DNA of 55,270 nucleotides from an uncultured virus (IMG/VR IMGVR_UViG_3300043775_002247) (taxonomy: Duplodnaviria; Heunggongvirae; Uroviricota; Caudoviricetes), in IMG/VR virus record IMGVR_UViG_3300043775_002247; one strand, written 5' to 3'. Below are positions 49,283 to 55,270 of the stretch, piece by piece; the first letter of the stretch is position 1; the number at the start of each line of letters is the position of its first letter. Both the position numbers and the translations under genes were made by a program. Below the pieces are notes generated by a model that saw nothing but the letters and a program-made list of their open reading frames with translations, was not told the DNA's origin and did no database searches.

Positions 49283-51805
49283 TTATTTTTTTCTAATTAT
49301 ACTGGTATAACTCCATTCAGGTTTAAGTTTAAAAATTTCACACGATTCAATATTTTTTTCAAGATAATCACATTCTTCATCTGTCATATAATCTGAAACT
49401 ATTTTACCTGTTTTATTAAACATTTCTAACATATCAAGTGTTATCGTATTTTTTTCAGATTTCCATATTGAATTAACATCATTCTTTACACTAACACTTG
49501 TATGTAAATCCTCTAATATGTATATACCACCACTTTTTATACTTTTAAATAATTTAGCAAAAACAACTTGTTGGTCTTTCATTGCATGACTTCCATCGTC
49601 AATAAATAAATCTATATCCACATTATCATTTGAAAACTCGATTAAAGTATTACCAACATTAACATTAAATTCTAATAATTTAACTCGATTAAAATCATCA
49701 ATATTAGCTCTATTCATTTCAAAATCAATACCTATTATTTCCGCATTAGTGAAAAATTCTCTCCATATGTTAATTGATTGTCCTTCATGAACACCTAATT
49801 CAACAACTTTTTTTGCAGATTCTTTGATTTTATCAAATTCAAGTTGATAAACTTTATCAAAAAAATCATGTCCATAATGTTTATCTGTCGTATATTTTTC
49901 AGCTAAACCACTTAATTTTGAATAATCATAATTTTCATTTATATTAAAAATTTCATTATGAATCTTATCTATAGTTCTATTTTTAATACTACCATACGCA
50001 TACGCATGAAAAATAAAATTATTATCGTTATATTGTTTCCAATTAAAACTTCTATTTGAAATAATTTTCATTTTACTAACGTACTCACCTCTATCTTTAT
50101 ATAAATGAGTTAATGCGGTTTGGTCCATCCATAATCTATTAGAATAAAATCCTTCATGATTTAAATCATGTTCACCAACTTCAGGTCTTAATTCACAATC
50201 AATAGGTTTTAAGTTTTTACAACAAAGAGCCCAATCATTAAGAAATTTTTTACCCCATTCATTATTTTTTATTAAAAATACTCCGGCGTTCATTAAACTA
50301 TGAGTACTTTCATCTAATGAGGCGATAAAATAATAATCTTTATCAATAAATTCTTCAATTCTAATATTAAAATCTGATACTATAGCATCCGTATCTAAAA
50401 ATAGTATATATTCAGGGTCAAAATTTTCAATAACGTCTAATATTAACTTTGGTTTGTACCAAGTAGGTGCCGCACCATTTATGTAATCCGTTATTGTTTG
50501 ATTTGATTTTTCACAAAAATATCCATATCCATTTTCATCACAATATTTTTTATTTATTTTTTCAGCAAATGGTCCATGAGTTAAATTACTTGTGTAATAT
50601 TGTGCGATGTAAATTTTTTTAATTTTATTTGTTTTTAAAATTCTAATAATTAATCCTTTTTCGTCCGGTTGGATATATTGCGCTTGAGTGTATTCTTTAA
50701 AATTCACATCATTTAAAATTTCATATTCATAATTTAAATTTTTAATCATTTTTAAAATAATATTATAGGTATTTTCATTAATAATAACACCATCATTTAA
50801 ACTAAAAAAGATATTAATTTCACCGTCTTTTACTATTGTTTTAAGTAAATTATTAAATGTGTTTTCAATTTTTAGGTCATGGGGATTTTTAAAATTAAAA
50901 ACACATAGATTTTGTATAACTTCATCACCATATGTTATTGTTCTATCATATATATCAGATATACTTCTAGCGTAACCACCATAGTATTCCCAATTATTGT
51001 TATCTCGGTCTAACCCATACCAGGCACCTGTCTTACCTTCTGTACCGCTAACTCTATTAGTATTTAATTCAATACCTGAAGACCATTCATAATTTAGAAT
51101 AACTTTTCTATTAGATTTTAAATTATTATAGTAATTACTAATAATAAAATCACAATAATACATTCGTTTACCTGTTGAATAATGAATTGTTAAATTTTTT
51201 TCACCTAAATTATAAAAAGCAGACATGGTATCAATTGTATGAAATTTAACTTCAGGTATTTTTGAAAAGTGTTGCATTAATGTAGCATCTTCCAAATGAT
51301 TAGTTTCGTCATGTATATTTAAAATTTCTTCACATATTTTTTTACTGAAGAACATTCCTCCACCACCACCTTGTCCGGACCATATAATGTCTTTATCAAT
51401 AATTTCATTAAAATATTTCTCTAAAACAAATGAATTAACATAGGTGCCATCGTCAACTCTTAAAATATAATCAAATTCTCTATTTTTTAATAACCATGTT
51501 ATGGCTCCTTGAAGTTTTTTAACCATATTAGATGGTTTTTTTTGATGATGTAAATAATAATAGTCATATGTATCGGTTTCGGTTAGATGTAAAATTTGAT
51601 TTTTTTCATCAAAAGATACTTCCGGATTGTCTCCATCAAAAAAAATAACTTCAATATTTTTATCTTTTAATTTAGATACCCAAGTATCCATACATGGTAA
51701 TTTTCTAGTTAAATCAGCTCTATCTGATTGTATTGGGTCAAATGGTATATATGACTTTTCACTCATATATTTTTTTGAAGTGTATGCCAGAACGATTAAT
51801 TTCAT
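49283..51805 (-). CDS. Multidomain glycosyltransferase (GT31-like + GT34-like) with C-terminal SAM-dependent O-methyltransferase
   Basis: FDYILRVDDGTYV/GGGG/ED; WYKP...FLDTDA...NAGVFLIKN..W...DQTAL; TDK..H, ELGV, IDDGSH, GGIYILED. Confidence 0.78.
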   Translation of the reverse strand: MKLIVLAYTSKKYMSEKSYIPFDPIQSDRADLTRKLPCMDTWVSKLKDKNIEVIFFDGDNPEVSFDEKNQILHLTETDTYDYYYLHHQKKPSNMVKKLQGAITWLLKNREFDYILRVDDGTYVNSFVLEKYFNEIIDKDIIWSGQGGGGGMFFSKKICEEILNIHDETNHLEDATLMQHFSKIPEVKFHTIDTMSAFYNLGEKNLTIHYSTGKRMYYCDFIISNYYNNLKSNRKVILNYEWSSGIELNTNRVSGTEGKTGAWYGLDRDNNNWEYYGGYARSISDIYDRTITYGDEVIQNLCVFNFKNPHDLKIENTFNNLLKTIVKDGEINIFFSLNDGVIINENTYNIILKMIKNLNYEYEILNDVNFKEYTQAQYIQPDEKGLIIRILKTNKIKKIYIAQYYTSNLTHGPFAEKINKKYCDENGYGYFCEKSNQTITDYINGAAPTWYKPKLILDVIENFDPEYILFLDTDAIVSDFNIRIEEFIDKDYYFIASLDESTHSLMNAGVFLIKNNEWGKKFLNDWALCCKNLKPIDCELRPEVGEHDLNHEGFYSNRLWMDQTALTHLYKDRGEYVSKMKIISNRSFNWKQYNDNNFIFHAYAYGSIKNRTIDKIHNEIFNINENYDYSKLSGLAEKYTTDKHYGHDFFDKVYQLEFDKIKESAKKVVELGVHEGQSINIWREFFTNAEIIGIDFEMNRANIDDFNRVKLLEFNVNVGNTLIEFSNDNVDIDLFIDDGSHAMKDQQVVFAKLFKSIKSGGIYILEDLHTSVSVKNDVNSIWKSEKNTITLDMLEMFNKTGKIVSDYMTDEECDYLEKNIESCEIFKLKPEWSYTSIIRKK

Positions 51806-52479
51806 TTTTTATAATATTTTTTTATAATTTGATATGGATTAGTATTTAAATTTTTAATGTTTAAATCATTATAATATTTTGATATGTGGTTATCATATAA
51901 AATAGATTCGTTATCGTTTAATAATTCAATTTTATGGCCATTTATTTTATTTATTTTAATTAGATAATTAACTATATCAATAACTTTAATTTTATTATCT
52001 AACGTAATATTAAGTTTACCATTTATTTTTTCATTAATTAAAAAATTAACAATTTTTGGTAAATCATCAACATCAATTAAATCTCTATATGTACCATTTT
52101 TTACTTGTATAATATCATTATTTAATAAAGAGTTATACATAAATGGTAATAATTGTTTTTTGTTTTTTGTGTTACCAACAACATTAGGTAATCTTAATAT
52201 TAAAAAATTAGTTGAGTTATTTTCAATATATGATTCCATAAATAATTTATGTTTAACATAGTTGGTATAATCGTACCTTAACACACTTAATGTACTAAAA
52301 TATACTATAATGTTATTTTTATTTTTTATTAAAACTTGTTTTAATAAATCATATTCTTTTTTATATTTTAAAATATCGTTTTCTGTTGAATCGGCAACCC
52401 CGGAAGCAAAAACACACACAGATTTAAAATTATAAGTTTTAAAAGATTCTGCAATCATTCCATTCCCTATAATTTTCAT
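51802..52479 (-). CDS. NAD-dependent epimerase/dehydratase-like (short SDR)
   Basis: IIGNGMIA, FASGV, YFST, YVKHK (YxxxK), ILRLPNVVG, RDLIDVDD. Confidence 0.8.
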   Translation of the reverse strand: MKIIGNGMIAESFKTYNFKSVCVFASGVADSTENDILKYKKEYDLLKQVLIKNKNNIIVYFSTLSVLRYDYTNYVKHKLFMESYIENNSTNFLILRLPNVVGNTKNKKQLLPFMYNSLLNNDIIQVKNGTYRDLIDVDDLPKIVNFLINEKINGKLNITLDNKIKVIDIVNYLIKINKINGHKIELLNDNESILYDNHISKYYNDLNIKNLNTNPYQIIKKYYKK

Positions 52480-52480
52480 A

Positions 52481-53728
52481 TTATAAATTACCAGTTATCC
52501 TATCACACCACCCTTTTGATGTACTATATGGCCATACAACCCAATATTTTGGTTTTGATGTTGTTTGGAAATCTCTCCAAACTTTACAATATCCATCAGG
52601 GTCTCTCATCATATTATTAATCTCGTTAATGTCAGCGTCTTTTCTATAAAGAGTTTCGTCTTTATCATCGTGGAACGCAACAACCCAAAATTCATAATCT
52701 TTTTCCGGTACTTGTTTAAATGATATATCAATACAATGTTTGAAAATACTTGCAAAACTAGATAACCATTCTTCTTCTGTTTCGTAAATTGTCGGATTTG
52801 GTGCGTATTTTTTATCTAAAGTATATTGTTGAACAGCTCTATTTGAAAATTTAAGACCTGAATAAATTTCATAATCTTTTAATGTTCTTTCAGTTCCAAA
52901 TCCGTACTTACTAAAATCCAATGTAATTTCCTCACCATCCATTCCAAAAAGTTGTCTATTCTTTTTGTGAGACAACTCATTCTTTTTACCCCACTCTTTA
53001 TCGTCATCCCATTGTTTTACCCTACCTTTACGAGTGTATTCGTGCCAAATAACAGTTTTGTGTGGGTGGAATAAATCATATCCGTGAGTGAACGCTCTAA
53101 CGGCAATAGAAATTTCTTCACCATGAAAATAAAATTCAGGGTCATGTTGAACCTCAACACTAAATTGACCAACTGTGAAGGCCATATGTGCTGAATAAAA
53201 ACGAGAGGTAATTGGTTGTTTAAGTTTTTCCCAACCAGGAATTGTTTCAGGTAAGAAGAATACCGCACCTTCAGGGATGAATCTATCAAACACCATTCTC
53301 CATGGTTCTTTAACTCTACCTGCCGGGTCATTGTCCGGGTCAAATGAAGAAACATATCCTGTTAATAAAGGTTTCTCAAAACCTTTCTTTTGAAGTTGTT
53401 TAACCATTTTGATTAAGGTATCGTCCCAATCCTTTTCAAATCTCATATGAGAATCTATTTGAAGAGTATATTCCTCACCATCATATAATTGTTGTACTTG
53501 ATTCCTTGCCCAACAAACACCTTTAGCTTCAGAATATAAAACATCCTTAACTCTAAATCTTTTGTCTCCACTAAATTTTTCTAAATTATCAAACCCGTCT
53601 TCAGGATGATATTGACGACATATACCTATTCTTAAGTTTTTAGGTCTTTTGGCATTTTCCAACATACTGTCTAATGTTGGGATAAGTTGGGGGTCACGAT
53701 AGGCGGCTATCTGTACAAATATCTTCAT
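52481..53728 (-). CDS. GT60-like polypeptide N-acetylglucosaminyltransferase (Skp1 GlcNAc-T / Pfam GlcNAc-like)
   Basis: IFVQIAAYRDPQL, GVCWAR, LQIDSHMRFEKDWD, FHGEEI...RAFTHGYD, H.Y, GTERTL. Confidence 0.8.
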   Translation of the reverse strand: MKIFVQIAAYRDPQLIPTLDSMLENAKRPKNLRIGICRQYHPEDGFDNLEKFSGDKRFRVKDVLYSEAKGVCWARNQVQQLYDGEEYTLQIDSHMRFEKDWDDTLIKMVKQLQKKGFEKPLLTGYVSSFDPDNDPAGRVKEPWRMVFDRFIPEGAVFFLPETIPGWEKLKQPITSRFYSAHMAFTVGQFSVEVQHDPEFYFHGEEISIAVRAFTHGYDLFHPHKTVIWHEYTRKGRVKQWDDDKEWGKKNELSHKKNRQLFGMDGEEITLDFSKYGFGTERTLKDYEIYSGLKFSNRAVQQYTLDKKYAPNPTIYETEEEWLSSFASIFKHCIDISFKQVPEKDYEFWVVAFHDDKDETLYRKDADINEINNMMRDPDGYCKVWRDFQTTSKPKYWVVWPYSTSKGWCDRITGNL

Positions 53729-53792
53729 ATATCTCTTATTTTACTCAAAAGATAATAATTAGAAATTAAATATAAATAATTTTATTTAATTA

Positions 53793-55270
53793 TTATGGTG
53801 GTGATGGAGGAACTAGTTTATTATGTGTTAATATTCCATCGGCGAAATATAAGTTACTATTATCAACATCAATATTATAAACTAAAGTCTCATCAGTACT
53901 AATATCAATACTAATTATTAAAACTTCATTACCATCTATATCCATATAATAATCACCCGTATTAATATCTGTTGTTTCTTTAATATACCAAACACCCTCT
54001 TGTTTAACTACGTGTTCGTGAGATGAACTACAAATTAATAATCCGTTATTAATATCATAAATTGAATTACTATTAAATGACCTTGTGTCTAATACGGTTA
54101 CAGTCGTACTTGAATAGTCTAAAGTTGTACTACTCCAAGTTGACCATTGAGATTCATCATTTGGCATTCCATCAACAACAACTGATAATAATTGGTCACC
54201 AACTTGTATTTCCTCAATAGGTTTTTGAGTATTATCCGACATTGTAATTAAAGTTCCCGGTAACAAACAACCTGGACACGTTGTACAAACCTGTGTAAAT
54301 ACTCCAAAATTCCATCGTCTTCTAATCGTACCATCACCGTAATAACCATCTAATGATGAAATAACTCCTGTACAACCTCCTAATCCATCACCTTCGTAAA
54401 TTACTGTTGCGGAACATATATCACAATTGTCCATACAAACATCAACTTCAAGAGGCACACCACTACAAACCCCACCTGCTGTTGTACTATAATATAATAT
54501 CACATTACATAATGGTGGTAATGTGGTAGGGGTTAAAGTTGGTGTTGGGGTTGGTGTTGGTATTGGAATACAACCACCCGCTTCACTAATAAAACTACTA
54601 ATTGGTGACGGTATAGTCGGCGAATCGTTTTGATAGTAAATTAAGAAAATAAATTCAGTATTATCAGCACAAAACACATCTGTAAATATACCCGGAGAAA
54701 TAAATGACTCTTGTTGTGAGTTACCAAAACAATCTGTATAATTAGCGAATAACGTACCATCTAACGCAGGGTTTGAATTACCATACGCGTCAGCTAAATC
54801 GCCTGAACTTATTGTTACATCATAAGCAGAACAAGTTAATGGTATAGACGTTGATGTTGGTGTTGGTGTTAATGTAGGAGTAGAAGTTAGTGTAGGCGTA
54901 TTTGTTGGAGTTAATGTTGGCGTAGATGTTAATGTAGGCGTATTTGTTGGAGTTAATGTTGGCGTAGATGTTAATGTAGGCGTATTTGTTGGAGTTAATG
55001 TTGGCGTAGATGTTAATGTAGGCGTATTTGTTGGAGTTAATGTTGGCGTAGAAGTTCTTGTAGGTGTATTAGTTGGAGTTAATGTTGGCGTAGAAGTTAA
55101 TGTTGGAGTATTTGTTGGAGTTAATGTTGGCGTAGAAGTTAATGTTGGAGTATTTGTTGGAGTTAATGTTGGAGTAGAAGTTAATGTTGGAGTATTAGTT
55201 GGAGTTAATGTTGGAGTAGAAGTTAATGTTGGAGTATTAGTTGGAGTTAATGTTGGAGTAGAAGTTAATG
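53793..55270 (-). CDS. Mucin-like Thr/Pro repeat, Cys-rich surface protein with C-terminal Hint domain (5' end outside window)
   Basis: The frame stays open upstream of the track's GTG (…[34 protein letters not shown]…) into the repeat array; Hint domain CLLPGT...THN. Confidence 0.85.
   Translation of the reverse strand, partial: LTSTPTLTPTNTPTLTSTPTLTPTNTPTLTSTPTLTPTNTPTLTSTPTLTPTNTPTLTSTPTLTPTNTPTRTSTPTLTPTNTPTLTSTPTLTPTNTPTLTSTPTLTPTNTPTLTSTPTLTPTNTPTLTSTPTLTPTPTSTSIPLTCSAYDVTISSGDLADAYGNSNPALDGTLFANYTDCFGNSQQESFISPGIFTDVFCADNTEFIFLIYYQNDSPTIPSPISSFISEAGGCIPIPTPTPTPTLTPTTLPPLCNVILYYSTTAGGVCSGVPLEVDVCMDNCDICSATVIYEGDGLGGCTGVISSLDGYYGDGTIRRRWNFGVFTQVCTTCPGCLLPGTLITMSDNTQKPIEEIQVGDQLLSVVVDGMPNDESQWSTWSSTTLDYSSTTVTVLDTRSFNSNSIYDINNGLLICSSSHEHVVKQEGVWYIKETTDINTGDYYMDIDGNEVLIISIDISTDETLVYNIDVDNSNLYFADGILTHNKLVPPSPP
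53820..54269 (-). other. Hint (Hedgehog/intein-like) autoprocessing domain, about 150 aa
   Basis: Block [24 protein letters not shown], block B SSSH, blocks F/G VYNIDVD...[10 protein letters not shown]; +1 residue is Lys. Confidence 0.85.
54845..55270 (-). repeat. Coding 42-bp tandem repeat ([14 protein letters not shown])n
   Basis: Unit such as ttggagttaatgttggcgtagatgttaatgtaggcgtatttg, roughly 10 copies with mostly synonymous variation, continuing past the window end. Confidence 0.92.

Noticed and set aside
1569..53355. Short alternative-frame and antisense ORFs in the track (e.g. 1569-1781, 1742-1957, 9617-9922, 18284-18616, 33233-33556, 41560-42024, 45878-46273, 53017-53355)
   Set aside because: They lie within long, motif-bearing genes and show no recognisable protein features; they are shadow ORFs.
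47599..53728. DNA hypermodification (T4-type glucosylation) cluster
   Set aside because: No hydroxymethylase or base-modifying genes seen in the window, and the GT families match protein/glycan-acting enzymes. Not fully excluded without the rest of the genome.
53820..54269. Classical mobile intein
   Set aside because: No homing endonuclease, +1 residue is Lys, only 8 aa of C-extein, and the host protein is not a conserved enzyme; treated as a Hint/BIL domain.
54845..55270. 42-bp tandem array as a CRISPR array or iterons
   Set aside because: No unique spacers; the unit is a multiple of 3 and encodes an in-frame Thr/Pro repeat with mostly synonymous variation.
1..55270. Stop-codon reassignment as in some jumbo phages
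   Set aside because: TAG (10999, 12486, 35846) and TGA (37821, 42094, 51802) end genes at sensible, tightly packed boundaries, and core genes are full length in code 11.
1..55270. tRNA, rRNA, transposase or integrase genes
   Set aside because: Intergenic gaps are short and none shows cloverleaf or T-loop signatures by eye; no mobile-element motifs recognised.

Overview
AT-rich segment of a large T4-like (myovirus, jumbo-type) bacteriophage genome, standard genetic code, mostly on the minus strand. It contains: (1) a tail/baseplate module (gp6-, gp25- and gp53-like wedge proteins, a giant split hub, a tube-initiator with an inserted OmpA-like domain, tape measure, chaperone, tube, sheath, tail terminator, neck proteins); (2) an embedded replication operon (SSB, UvsX/RecA, 5'-3' exonuclease, DnaB-like helicase, nrdB, nrdA), plus an SNF2 helicase and a family B DNA polymerase; (3) a four-gene glycosylation cassette headed by a GT60-like polypeptide GlcNAc-transferase, directly downstream of a mucin-like Thr/Pro repeat protein ending in a Hint domain, with Thr tracts also present in the sheath and other virion proteins. 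The best candidate for an undescribed system is phage-encoded mucin-type O-glycosylation of the virion. Other notable signals: an SOD/PD-(D/E)xK-like fusion with putative prohead-protease sites, a probable +1/-2 frameshift in the tail chaperone, an unannotated RHH gene with a palindromic operator, and a TATTTAT(A) motif upstream of about 15 genes. All product calls come from motif recognition by eye, without database searches.
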